Source: Camelus ferus (lineage: Eukaryota). From it: a DNA stretch of 64,000 bases. Both the position numbers and the translations under genes were made by a program. This document shows positions 13,297 to 26,720 of this stretch, one piece after another; the first letter of the stretch is position 1; every line of letters starts with the position of its first letter. The DNA lies in assembly GCF_009834535.1 (NCBI RefSeq), contig NC_045698.1, forward strand, positions 6,078,001 through 6,142,000, read 5' to 3'. The notes beneath the pieces are model-generated. The model searched no databases, had not been told where the DNA came from, and saw only the letters and a list, made by a program, of their open reading frames with translations.

Positions 13297-13778
13297 TGTT
13301 ACTGAGTCCCAGACTAGGCAATAAGTATAAAGATGAGTTAATGGGGCAAGGAATAGCCACTTTATTTGGAAAGCCAGCAGACTGAGAAGATGGTAGACTA
13401 GTGTCCAAAAGAATCATCTTACCTGAGTTAGAATGTAGGCTTCTTTTATACTAAAAAAGAGTGGGGGGCTGTGGCTGGTTGTTGGTGCTGGAATTCTCTG
13501 TTCTTTCCATGTAAGTCTGATCGCAATGTTCCTGTAAACCTCCAACAAGACAAATGTTATTATCTGTTCTGCAACTTTTTGTCTCTATATGAATGGAAAA
13601 GAGTTATACCTTTAAAGATCAGCGCCTTGAGAATGGGCTAATCTGTGTATTTCAGACTACAGGCATCATTCTTTTACAAAAGGTGCAGAACCAGCATGAC
13701 TGAGCACAGGCGGAGCACGAGGGTTAGATCTAAAGGAATAGATTCAATACGTAGTCAGGTTTGTCTTTTCCTATTACA
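13297..13778 (-). mobile_element. ERV1 solo LTR, MER41-like (resembles cetartiodactyl MER41 variants)
   Basis: tgttact...tattaca termini and near-TSD gtaa/ataa (4 bp). AATAAA on the minus strand (tttatt near 13361). Minus-strand start tgtaataggaaaagacaaacctgact resembles recalled MER41_BT-type consensus. Confidence 0.75.
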
Positions 13779-15489
13779 ATAAGATCAATTAAAGGCTTTT
13801 CTATAGTAAAAAACAGAACCACATGATATGCTGGTATCTCTGGCTCTCTGAAATTAAAGGACTCGGGGATTTAGACATTTTCAACACTGGTAATGGAGTC
13901 TATAAATGCTGACAATATCCGTAAGGATTTGTTTGGACCTTCTGACTATAGTTTAGGATTTTTTGATCCTAAAGAGGGGCCCTGGCTGGGGGATACCTGA
14001 ATTCATCTTTGTCCTGGTGCCCCTCCTATAGTGAGTTAATGTTCTGTGGGAGGGAATGAGAAGAATGGATGCAGATGGTCAGAGAAAACTTCAGCTCCTG
14101 AATGCTGTCATCTGCTCTTCATGGAAACTTGGAGAAGATCCAGAGAATTGTGGGCCCACAGAGGAGAAGTGTGATAAGAGGACATTTGTTGTACCATTAA
14201 GTCAACACTCCACAGCCTGATAGCATGACCTAATGCCATCCCCTAGGAACTGGAAATGTAGCTCACATATTTTCCAGGGGTGGAGGCAGGCCCAGGGTCA
14301 GCTGAACTGCTTCCTTCATACCTTTCCATCTTGACTAGCCCCTGAGTCAAGGATCTTACTGACCACTCTGATGAGGAAGAGTCTGTCTCAGGAAACCAGG
14401 ACAGTCATCAAGAGGAAGCTAGCTTAATGCCAGGGAGCACTGCCGACACTTCCTGATGAACGTGACCTCCTGACTACATCTGCAAAGCTCTCATTTCTGG
14501 CAAATCTACATTTCATCTAGGTGGACTCGGGAAGGGCACTCTTTTATTAAGTATAATCTTGGAAAGCAAATAAATAAACATGGAAAGCAGTACAAATCAG
14601 GAAGAAAAATGAAGTACTAATTGCCGTATGTTTTACACTGTAAGACCAAATTCCAGTCAATAGAACTGGAGACACAAGAACCCACTGGGTGAAGTCAAAT
14701 CATGTGATTTACTCTTAGCAGGTTGTACTTGATCCAGGGAGGAGCTGTCTATGAGAAGCTGAAAGCATTAACTCCTAATCCAATCTGGGATAAGGCTAAC
14801 CATGTAAGATCACTTTAACACTTTTGACTTTGCTAGAAAGATTTTGCTTAGAATGCCCTAATAATTTGGAGCTTTAACCCAAGATAGAGTCAGCTGGGGT
14901 AAATAAATAAACCGTGTAAGCAGAATAATGGTGAGAAACACTTCTCACTGGTGATTCTGTTTCACTGCTAAGAGAAATTTTCTAGTAAAAAACAGAGTTA
15001 ATGGGATACTTAGCTCATCTTGATAGCATTAATTCTCTTGAATGAGCTGAGAGGAAGGTAGTTAACCAGGTTTATTATTCCCATTTTACTGCATCACTAA
15101 TACTCAATCGCTTGTCCCAGGTCCTGCATTGAGCTAATCCCATCCTTTTGCTTTATTTTCTCAACATTTTCCTGGACTGGCATTGTCATGAATGCAGCTG
15201 AATTCTCACCTTCTGTATAAATGCATTATGTAATAAACTAGAATGGCATTAAAAAGGGGCAGGTCATTAACTTGGGATAGGGTTTTATTATTTACCATCA
15301 GTTTTGGTCACTCTTCTTTCAACTTTTTGCCCTCTGGTCTCACCAGGGTTGACGTGAAGCCTATTCCAGTCACACAAGGCTCTTCTTCCTCATCACCACT
15401 CCCCGACATTTGCTCAACCTTGAAAACTGTAGAGGATGCTAATATGATGATCATGGACTACTTTTTCTTACAGATGTAGTGTCTGGCCC

Positions 15490-15610
15490 CTGTCAGCATC
15501 TGTGTGGCCTTAGACAAGTAGTTAACCAAACTCTCAGTGTCTAAAGGCAATGATGGTCCCAGCCTCATAAGGCTGCTGAGAAGAAATGAGTCAGTGCCTG
15601 TGAAAGAATT
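15490..15610 (+). mobile_element. MIR fragment
   Basis: tgtgtggccttagacaagtagttaacc...ctcataaggctgctgagaagaaatgag resembles the MIR core. Confidence 0.6.
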
Positions 15611-18600
15611 ACTTATCTCTCCATGTTGTTGGCCATCATTAAGGTTCTCCACTTCACCCTCACCGCCACTGAGTTTTGCTCCCCATTTTATGGGCATCCT
15701 AAACATCTTCATGTTTCAAGTTTATGCTCCATTTCTTTCTTACAAGCTTTGTTTGAAATTCCAGTCTCCACCGGTCTCCCATCTCCTTGAACTTCTACAA
15801 AGATGGTGGCTCCTAACGTCATAATTGATTCCATTCTTCCCAGGGTGCTCTGCTCTTAAGTCACAGATCTGAGTCGTCTTCACTCAGGATGTCTCTGTGC
15901 AAAGCCAAACTCTATGATGTGCGTTTCATCTGACTGACTAGATCCTGGGCATGCTCCTGTCTCCCTTCATGGAGACAGTGTTATTGTCACTTCATAGGCT
16001 CTCCACACCACTGGGCAAGAACACGTTTTAAGCTTCCATGTTTATTAGAAGTCTCCCTTTAGTGAGCCTCATAAGCTCTCTTGGTTTCATACATGAATGT
16101 TACTTAGCAGAGATGATGAAATTTGATCTAGTAAATAATTCATGCTTAAGCATAAATAACATGAAATTTTAGGGAAAAAAATAAGCCTTAGTGTTACCAC
16201 TTTTGTGATTGGCATCTGGTCAGACTTGTATTCTTATAAATATGTTCTATGTGCAAAATTATCATATTCGATTCTAAGTAGGCTATGTGTTATGTCACTT
16301 CTTAAAATGTTTTTCTTTTGATTAGACTTGTATCTTATTGTTATGTTTTATTCCTACTAATTTAGGAAAAATCTGCCTTTAGGAATAAACTAAAAAATAC
16401 ATAAATATTTCCAAGTTCTAAAAACTTCTATTATTTGCTATATAAGTATGCCAAGAATGCTGTTAGCTACTAAATTAGGCCAGAAATACATTAAGTACAT
16501 TTGAAAATTCTCAGAAATACAGTGTACCCAGATATAAGCAGTTTCTAAAGAACCAAATAATTGTGATTGTCCTGAAGCTCTTTGATAATTTTTCTGTCCC
16601 TCAGCAGAGGGCTTTCAATAAATTTTGTTCAACGCTCAACAACACCCTGAGAATTATGAAGGCTCACACCATCTGCTAGAGGAGGAGAAGGCCACCATTT
16701 TCTGAAACTTCATAGTTCATCTGCTTGTATTGAGGCCGATGCTTTCTTCTGCCACATAGTACAACTTGAATAGTCTAAGGTGCTTTCCGTGACAGCATGA
16801 AAAACTCACAACATTCCTTCCAGGTGAATAACTGAACAAAGAAACCACTCATTGTATTTACTATTTGTAAGAAGCACAAGGTTGACAATAAAATCTAGAA
16901 AGGAAGACTCTTAAGACAAAAAATATAGCAGCCTGGAAGTGGCCGGGCATCTTTTTGAGGCAAGCGAGACCTAGGGTCTTGGTCTTTGAGTGATGGAGAG
17001 AAAGCTCTGGGCAGCGGCAGGGATGTTTCCACCAGCTCACATGCTTGGCAGGTTCTCTGCAACCAGGAGTAGAGTCCCCTCCGAGTGCTCCCGCCCCGGG
17101 GGCTGTGGGCAGAGGGCTCCAGGTGCCCTTCTAGGTTTGCTGTGAAACAAAGAGGCTCCAACTCTCTGTGATCTTCCCCAGAGCGAAGATGATTTCACTT
17201 GGAAACATTTTTTTTTTTAACATTGTTTATTCCTGGGAGATTATTTAACATTGTTTATTGTTGGGAACCCTCTACTTGGCTCCACCCACTGCTTAGGGTC
17301 CCTGCACCTCCCTTTGGTCTTTTCTGTATCAGCCCAGTCCTCTTCTCACAGCTGTGGCCTGGCTGGATCCTGACGCTTCTGAAACTTCACAGTCATTCCT
17401 CTGAATTCTCACCTTCATGAATGGATAGAATTTAAAAGAGACAACATCGTCCCACTCCTTGTGTTTGGCATATAGATTGTAAACATCCATTAAGCTGTTT
17501 GTTTTTAACGGTGTGTTTTTTATATATTACTATTTACTTGCCTTTTCAGTTGTCAGGCAGCCTCTTCCCTCCCCTCTTCTTTAATGTGCTTCAGTCCATC
17601 TGTGTTTTTTTTTTTTTTTTTTTTAAGGATTTTGACCTATGATTAGAAACACCTTCTCTCATTGCATCCCTATAAATATTTCTGAGCTTTGTTCTGGGAC
17701 ACAGTTACTTAGCAAGTCACTTAGAAACTAGCTGATGTTTTGAGGTCATTTTTCTCCATATCAATTACCAAACTCTGATCTGAGAAAATCTCCTTGATAA
17801 TTCCTCTCCACTCTTCCCTATTCTTATCTACTTCAAGGGAGTGTCACATGAATTTACAAGATAATTTTCTTAAAATAATTAAGACTGTTCAAGAGAGAGA
17901 TTTTACTTAAGTATTAAAGTTACCTCAGTGCTTTACCTCATACATATTCACAAATAAAGAGATAATAATACAAGAATGACAAGTGGGCTTGGATGCGTTA
18001 AGAATTTAAACTATGTGTGCATGAATTAAAGACTCAGGCTTAGCATAAATAATTTACAGGAGGTTTAAGGACAAGGCTTGGAGAAATTCAAATGTGGATA
18101 TGAATCATCGAATGTTGAGCATTGGTAAAGGACAGAATTAAAAGAAAACATGTGTTGAGTATTTCAAGCGTGAACATTTTCATTGTATTTAAAATTTTTA
18201 TTTAATATTTTCTGAAAATACTGTGACATCTACTAATTAGATTAATGCTGCAGGGGATGATTAAGACCTAAACTTGCAGCAGCTTACCATGGAAATTTGA
18301 TGATGCATTTTGGGGGTCAGCTGGGATACAGAGGCTACACTAGGCATTTGGGGGATAAGGTTTAATACAGGAAACAGCATCTTACATAACTCCTGAAACT
18401 CAGGAAACCTGCCGGACCACCTAAGTCCACCTGACGCACTGAGGCGGGTGTTTCTCAGACTCACCTGGAACCTGCAGAGGTTCTCAGGAATCTCAGAGAA
18501 GCTCCTGTCAGCTGTCCGGGTCAGTGGCCGTGTGGAGGAGGCTTCTCGGGGGCTCACGGGGAGGACACAGTGAACCCTGGTTATCCCCGGAGTCCACTGC

Positions 18601-19100
18601 AGCTGGCGCTGAGGATGATGGCTTCTCCTCTGCCATCTTCCAAGTCATGTGCAGATTTTCTCCATGGCAGACTCAGTCACCCTGAGCCTTGTCCTGAAGG
18701 GAATGGTCACGTTGCTGGGAACTTGTAGAAAACCTACCGCCACTATCAAGTGATGAAGAAGGATCTCAAGTTTGCTTATAAAATGCAATTTTTATTTGGA
18801 CATAGAGAGCCTTTCAAGTTTCACTCAATCATGTATAGTATGGTTACAGTGAAGTTTTAAAAATATATGCCTTTTACAACCTTGTTTTGGACTAGAAAAT
18901 AGAGTTTTAGATTGCATTCATCATTGTGAGAAAAATTAGCGGTTACCTGAATTTCCACTGGTAATGTTCAGTAAGCAATTAGGGAATCAACACATTTGTG
19001 TTTTCTGAAGCACCTTCTATTCAGTCTGGAAAGAGATTTGAGAAATTACTTAAGCTAGGAACATGTTATACATTTTATTTACCTAAATAAGCCTCATTTG

Positions 19101-19129
19101 ATGAATGAATGAATGAATGAATGAATGAA
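19101..19129. repeat. (GAAT)n tetranucleotide repeat
   Basis: Seen directly; this motif is typical of L2 3' tails. Confidence 0.9.
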
Positions 19130-20133
19130 AGGAATTATTTGAGTAATGTGTTTGCTGCTCTGTCTCCAAAACCAGGCTCTTAAAATCAGGAACTTTTTTT
19201 TTGCCTTCATCTAACAATATCTGCCACATTAATTTTTATGAATGAATAAAAGTGGAAATTACTGACAGATGTGCCTGATCAGCCCTTTTCTTCTCAACTG
19301 AAAATGCTAATATTTATTTGTGCAAAAGGATTTTAATTATACATTCACATCACACCGACTGACTTCTCTTATGCTACTGTCCCCTTGTGCTATTGAAGTT
19401 CAAATAAAATCCACACCACTGGTATTAGTCACATGCTCTTATTTAGTTTTTGCAATGTCACATGCATGTTTACTGCAAAAAGCTACGAAGAGAGATATAC
19501 TGTGTTTCCCCAAAGAGGCATTACTGTTTAAAGACATAGAAGAAGATTTTTACTGTATGTCTTCAGGTCGTCTGAGTTGTCACTAAACAGATTTAACCAT
19601 TAGCAGCTGCTTCTTCAGGGATTATCTGCAATTTGTTTAAAATTTGAGAACAGTTAACAGAAACACTGCACTATGCTAGGCAATAATTACAGCTCTGACA
19701 AAGATATTTTACAGATCATATGTCTCCAAACATTTTTCTTTTGTTATAAAGTAATCTCAGCACAAAAGGTCTTGCCTTGTAGAGGCATTATCTAAAAATT
19801 TTAGGCAAAGTAGATATAAAAGTGAATAAACCAGAAGATAATAAAAAGTGTATTTCCATGTGATCTGAGGTTTAGTGTAATATTATACTTTAAATTCTAC
19901 AAAGCAACTTCTTATTCATGGGGTTTTCAAGCATGTAATTGCAAAATGCAATTCACAATGCTGGCTGATGTGGCACATATGGAGTTGGTGTATAGTCATG
20001 TCAGGGGCGATCTTAGCCCACAGGAAATCGGGAAGCACTGGGCACTTGCCACTTTATGTGTGTGTAAAGAAAACCTCAAATGAAAAGTAGTAATAGAAAT
20101 TAAGTAGAGTTCTTCAAAAAGGGAACATGAAGA

Positions 20134-20194
20134 GTGTGTGTGTGAGTGTGTATGTGTGAGTGTGTGTGTGTGAGTGTGTGTGTGTGCGTGCGTG
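20134..20194. repeat. Interrupted (TG)n microsatellite
   Basis: Seen directly. Confidence 0.95.
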
Positions 20195-21974
20195 CACACC
20201 GTGAGAGCAGCTGCGTCCTGCAGCCCTCTCAGAACTGTGCCTCCAGGGAGAACAGATGCCCGCCTGTACTTTCCACTGTGACTTACAATAACAGAGGCAC
20301 CTTCTCAGGACAGATTGTAGCATCCTTGGCATTACTGCATTACTGGTCCTAATCAGCTGTTACATTGTTAGTTTTGGTCATGGAACAAGTACTACATTTT
20401 AAAATGATTATGACATATTAAGTAAATAAAATATCTATTTGAGTGTGATTAATGTTGTTCTTTTAATGGAAAATCTAACTGATAATATTTTCTATCACTG
20501 GCACGTATTTTAATTTGCCAGTAGGTCTCCATGACAATAGAGAAGGTAAATCTGCTATTTGAGATATCTGTGCCTTTTCTGTAATTAACTATGGAAAAAA
20601 TCAATTATTATAGAAGGTGCACAGTAATAATTAGTCTTGTAAGTTTATCTCATAGATGACTGAACATTTTGAAGACTTAATTACATATTAATAAAAAAAT
20701 TGACATTATAAGGAATATTACAACAGGTTATTGCATCTGCATCTGTTGATTAAGCACAGGAAATTGATATTTGTCCACCAGGAAATATATCTTGCATTTA
20801 TGCAATCACATATCATAAAGAAAGCAGTTATGTTGTCTTGATGAATAAATTAAAACTGCTGTTTTTATACCCCAAATTGTTGGTCTATATTTTACCTTCA
20901 TTTGTTGATTTTTAAAACATCAATGAAATTATTCACTCTGTTAGAGTGGATAAATTCATTCTGTTATACTAAAATATGACATGTCAAGTTTCTGTTCTTT
21001 GGCAGATTTTTAGATGAATGAAGTAGTAGCTTAGCATTTATTATAGCTTTGTATATCCTATAGTAATAAAAACTAAACTAGTAAAGCTCATTTTAAAGCA
21101 ATCAGTTCAAATGACTGAAAGTCTACAGAAATATCTAGACAGAATGTGCAGCTCAGATTGTAAGCACTCCATCAGAGACAATACCAATGTGATTCTGGTC
21201 TGCATGAAATCACTGCAAGCTAAAACTGGGGGAAAAAAAAAACTGATATGCACTTGATTAAGATCTTTAATACCTCCTCACACATGCATTTTTTTTAATG
21301 TATATTTTTGTCAGTCCCTTAGTGTATTTATATAGGAACAATTTTTCTATGAATTAAATTGAATATAAAACTCCTCAAGGACATTATGTTAAAAATATTG
21401 AATAGCATTAGAAATTTTCAGCTTAAGAATTTAACCTGCAGGAAAAATGGAGATTTCAAATGCTGTGAATTATTTTAGTAATGCCAAACCTTGTCATACA
21501 ACACTGAAATTTTGCTTAAGATTAAATAATTTTTTGTAGTGATAAAAATCAACATTAAAAATATAATTTTATTGTTTTATGTTTTATAATGTATGTAGTG
21601 ATTAGTAACAAAGTCATGTTCTTATGTATGGTGGAATTTACTTTTTTACATACAAAGAAGTGACCTATAATAACTTTGAATGGAGACACATTTTTGTAAG
21701 TATGCCACTGGTAAAGACAAGAGAGGGAAGGGAGAGTATATTCAAAGAGGAAAAGAAGACAGGAAGGCAAGCAACAGGTAAGAGACATGTGGGGATCGTG
21801 GTAGTTTTAATAATCTGGATGATAAGCATCCTTGTTGGTGAGCACTGTCTGTTAGGACCCTGACTGAACACAGCTAATCTCTTGAGCATCCTCAGGCAAG
21901 CCCACAGAGGAGTTCTGGAGCCAGTTCACCCCCTCCCTACTATTTGTGTAACCTCGGAATAGACCCAGGTATGT

Positions 21975-23230
21975 TTGTGTGGTAGGAACATCCTTAACTC
22001 TTAATTCTGTTGCTATAGAAATGCCAACCCATTGTTTCTGGCTTCCAGTGCTTCTGTTAAGAAGGTAGCTCCCAGACTTGGGGTTTTTCCTGTGAAGATC
22101 AAAGATCGTATGCCTTTTATTTATTATTTTAGTAGTACCAAATTTAAATGTTATATTTCCTTTGATTTTCAAAAGTTTTACTATGATGTTCCTAGGCGTT
22201 TTCACTCTGTTTTCCTCTTTGGGGGTTCTCTGAGGTTTTTAATGTGTAAATTGATGATTTTCATCACCATGACTTTGATTTTTGCTTTTACTCATTCTTC
22301 TTCACTTTTTAACTATTATATGTATTTATTTACATATGTTTTATATATGTATATATTATATGATAGTAAATATATTATATACATAAATTTCTACTGGTCT
22401 GATTTGCTCTTAAGCCAATTTACAGAGTTAAAAATTTCAAATACTGTATTTTTTTCACCTCTTTGCCTAGTTTTATAAATTTCCAATTCTCCATTCTTCC
22501 CTATGGCTTGTATGTATTTTTTCTAAATTTCCTTGAACATGTAAATAATGGTTTTATAGGTCCTTGTGTACTAACTCCAATGTCTGAACCAACTATGAGT
22601 GGGTCTCCTTGGACTGTTTTTCTTTTTTTATTTGATGTATTTTTTTTTTTTTTTTTTTCTTTTCATGTCTCAGTTTTGGTTTTTGTTTTATAGCAGATAT
22701 GATAGAGGAAAACATGTGGAGGCTCCAGGTGCTGCTTTCTCCAGCAGGAAAGATTTTTAGATAAGGATGTTGAAGGACTGATAACCTCAATTCAATCAGG
22801 ATATGGAGCTGAGATGAGATTTAGTATTATTCACTTTTATTTTGTTTTTTTTGTTTTTTTTTTGTTTCTTTGTCTCTGTTCTTCTGGGTGTAGGTTTCTA
22901 GGATTTTAATTGTGAGCCTGGTGGGCATCCATCTCCTTAGCTCTAAAAAATATGATTGGAAATTCAGCTTTGCCCTTTAGAAATTACCAGCTTCATTGTT
23001 GGGCCACAAACCATTGTAATTTGACAGTATCATGGGGGAGAGACAAGATGTATGTTTGAGGAATTTCCCCTTTGTGGGACTTGGTTCCTAAACACTTTGA
23101 GACTGTAAGATATTTTACTGTGCATTAGAAAAGCCTCTATTCTAGCTCTAACTTATTCTCTATATTACCAACATCCTTCCTAACATTGGGTATATGTTAA
23201 ATCTATTTAACTTTGGATCCGTTCTTTCCA
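21975..23230 (-). mobile_element. Old L1/HAL1 5' region with ORF1 remnant
   Basis: Minus-strand translation TPRNIIVKLLKIK matches the L1 ORF1 motif (PRHIIVK). T-rich antisense L1 text follows. Confidence 0.65.
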
Positions 23231-23574
23231 ATAATTCTATGATTTTTTTTTATTTTTATTTTATAAAGTTTTTTTACCCTTGGGTAGCTAATTCACGGCT
23301 AGCTTATTTGGAAAGTGATTTTAGGAAGCATATGAGAGAGTAGGGAGAATGCAATTGTTACTATTGTTGCATAACAAATTAACTCCAAGCTTAGAGTCTT
23401 AAAATTATCATTTCTGTTTTGTGTGTGTGTGTATATGGGTTTGTTTGTTTGTTTTGTTCTTGAATTTTTGGATCAGGAATTTGGGTTGGGTTGCTAGAGC
23501 CCACATTTTATCTATAAATAAGTTACATTTCTTCTACATGAAAAATTCACTTATCTCTCTCCATGAGCCCTCAT

Positions 23575-23730
23575 CCTGTTACAGCAATGGAGATTGCATC
23601 ATTAAAATCCACGTCACCTGAGAATTTGTTGGAAAGGTAAATTCTCACTAACTCTCTCTCCAGATCTACTAACTCAGACACTTCGGGAGTGATCTCATGT
23701 ATCTCTATTTTAACAAGCCCTCCCAGTGAA
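23575..23730. mobile_element. MER5A-like hAT-Charlie element
   Basis: tcacctgagaatttgttggaaagg...ccagatctactaactcagacactt...ttttaacaagccctcccagtgaat. Confidence 0.7.
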
Positions 23731-23739
23731 TAAGTAAGA

Positions 23740-24225
23740 ATGTAATGTATTTGACATTGACTGAGGATATAGTGAGACAAAGTGACTAAGTTTCCAACAT
23801 TTCTGGTTTGGACAAATTAATAAATCAGCTAAGATTTCAAGAAACGATTCAAAGATTGCAAAGAGGGCTGAGATGTAACTATGATTTAAACATATTGTGT
23901 GTGTGTGCCTATAGCATATCCAAAAGACCATATCCCAGCCATATGCCAGCAGGAAACTAAACATATGCCCCCCAAACTGAAGGCAATGATAAGGGCTGAA
24001 GTTATAAATTTGAGAATAATCAGCAAACTGTTGGACAAAACTGCTATTTTGGGCAAAGTTGCCCAAGAAAGGCATGAAGAAAGAGAATAACAATGAACCA
24101 AAAATAGAATTCTGGGGGTTTACGTTGTATAATAAGTGTGCAGTGAGACAGAGAAGAGAGATCAGTGAAAGGAAATGGTAAGAAAAGACTGGAATTAAAG
24201 AGATCAAGCCAGGAAAGAGAAGAGT
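23740..24225 (-). mobile_element. L2 fragment
   Basis: gggctgaagttataaatttgagaataatcagc and gaaccaaaaatagaattctggggg match antisense L2. Confidence 0.7.
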
Positions 24226-24234
24226 TGTGCAAAA

Positions 24235-24700
24235 TGTATTAGTCAGATGGTTTCAGTTCCCTATCAATAAAAATTCATTCAATTTTTTTTTAGCCCAGAG
24301 GAGGAAATTAATTCATTAAATAATAGGGACATCTGAGTGAGACTTGCTTCAGCCCAGATGCCTTAAGTAGTTCAAAAGATGTATTAATATTCTTTGTTCT
24401 TGATTTCCCTTCGTGTTATTTTCCTCATTATTGGCTCAAATCTCAAGCTGATTCCTGCCTTGGGAGGACCATCAGCAGCTTCAGTGAACATTTTCTATCA
24501 TCCCTGAAGTAAACACTGAACACAAGGAATTCAATGCTTGTACTGGTTTGGCCTGGGTTACCTGCCCATCCCCAAAGTCAAGAGTAGCCACCAAAACAAC
24601 ATACAGTAAAACTGCAAGGTACCTAACTCTTCAAGGAAAATACAGGTTATTTAATGAATAAGGAGCCAGAAGCACACATATGCACAGAACATGCCCAATA
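24235..24700 (-). mobile_element. Degraded MaLR LTR (MLT1J/K-like)
   Basis: Start tgtattagtcagatggtttcagtt and internal tggtttggcctgggttacctgcccatcccc. Confidence 0.5.
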
Positions 24701-26454
24701 GATGTAAGTGAATAAATATCTTCAAGGAGTTAATTATTGATGCAAAATTCTATAGAAAGATTCATGAAAATAGTAGTCATTAGTGTTAGTGGGTCATTAT
24801 CCCCCAAAATATGATTGTCTTTTAAAACAGCCAGTAATGGGATTTTTCTCTTCCAAGACTTACACTAAATGCAGTTTTTTTCACACAAGTTAACTTTTTC
24901 CTTGTAGCATCCAATTAGATTATTATTCTAACTCTTTAAAATATGCAGTTTTACCTATGGGAGACATCTGAAACAATTTCTTGCAATGGCACATATCCAA
25001 ATGGATTCCTACTCTGTATTATTTTCCAAGGTAACTAAATATTAGTTATATTTTTAAAAATCACCTTTTCAAAGTTTGATCTTGCTTTCATAACAGCAAA
25101 GTAAATGTATTTACTGAATGATTATGAAGATGTTTAAATGGAAACCCAAACACATTGGTGAATTAGTCCATTATTTTCTATCAGTTTTCCTTATCAAAAA
25201 ATGTATTTAAAGTTTCAATGAATTTTACATATTTTGGGAACTGTACATTTTTCAATATTTTCTTCATAAGTTTTATAATTTAACAATTACTTAAAATTAA
25301 ATACAGGAAGTAGTTGATTTGGAAGAATCAACCAAGAAAGAAAAATTAACTATACTTCCTCCTGCTGTGATGACAGACCCAGCTTTGTATTCTGATACAA
25401 ATATCTTCTTCATAAAATTTTATTAATTTTTCCGCTTCCCTCACTTCATTATTCAGCCTAAAATGTTGCTTGTGGCTATTACTGTTCTGAGGCAATTTGC
25501 TATAAATTGCTTCATGCTATTTAAGAAGAATATATAAAAATGACTGAAACGAGTAAGTGATTGGGTTATGAGTCGTTCGATGTCTCATTAGCGGTATTTT
25601 GTAACTTAGCCTTCCATACTCAGATGAGGTTGTAGGCTGCGACACAATCCTCACTCATAACATTTCACATTCTATGTGCTGTCACAAAAATTTGCTCTTT
25701 CTTTAAACCCCCTTAGTGGCAAAATGAGAAAGGCTAGAAAATGAACAAAATAATATATCTCTCTAGGACTTGAAAGAAAATCTTTCTTTAGTCTGCATGC
25801 TTTTGAAATTTGGGGCAATGTCTTCCTCATTTACTAGTTTTCAGGGACTGTGCTGAAACGATTGCCCTTCCACATTCCTGAAAGCTGATCAGAGCCGGAG
25901 GGTTTCTTTATAGGAGTGATAATTATACCATAGATTTGCATAAGAAAATAAACATTTAGAGCAGTGTCCTCTAATACAGTCAATGTTTATAAGGAATTAT
26001 TAATGCAGAAGTCACTTTCTGTATATATTTTTCTCATGAAGTAACATTTTAAGTCATCATTTAATGAGTAAGTGATGCTTCTTTGACCAGATATGTTACA
26101 GTATTCTAAAATGATGTAGAGAAACCAGCTAACTACCAAAGGTATTATATATCCATTACATTCTATAATACAGGGTGAAGATTATTTTTAGGGACACTTA
26201 TTCAAGGTTTTTGGGTCATAATATTTTATGTTCAACAAGGTAATATTTATGTGATGCAATGAATCCTTTGATGACTTTGATAAATTTGATGACTTCAGCA
26301 ACTTATGGCCACATTATGCTAGTGATTTACAAAGATTCATTTGATTAGCTTCCAATTTCCCTCTTTTCTTTCCTAACTGAAAATGTCTTTAACTCATCTC
26401 ATTCATGATCATATTTTATATGAATTTCTATATGCAGTGTTCTGACCTTTCTAT

Positions 26455-26720
26455 ATCAATTAGGATTTAATTTCAGCTCCTAGTAACAGAAACCTGACTT
26501 CAGATGTCTGTACTCATAAGGATTCATTGCATCACATAAAAGGGCAGTGGAAGTTAGCTCTCCAGGGTTCAGGAATCAGCTCCACCAAGTTGTTAGTGCT
26601 CTAATGTAGGTAAATCTTCTATCTATTTTTCCACTTTCCGCATAAAGCTTCCAGCCATAAGAACACCTCATATACCAGCATGGCAGCCCCCATGCCCATC
26701 ACTTCAACATTCCTGAATGT
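26455..26720 (-). mobile_element. Degraded MaLR LTR (MLT1J-like)
   Basis: tcaattaggatttaatttcagctcctagtaacagaaacctgact...agcatggcagcccc. Confidence 0.5.

Noticed and set aside
19996..20352. His/Thr- and Cys/Val-rich ORFs
   Set aside because: Translations of the (TG)n microsatellite.
23710..24207. Longest ORF in the window (165 aa)
   Set aside because: Lies within a decayed L2 fragment; its hydrophobic composition reflects pyrimidine-rich repeat sequence.
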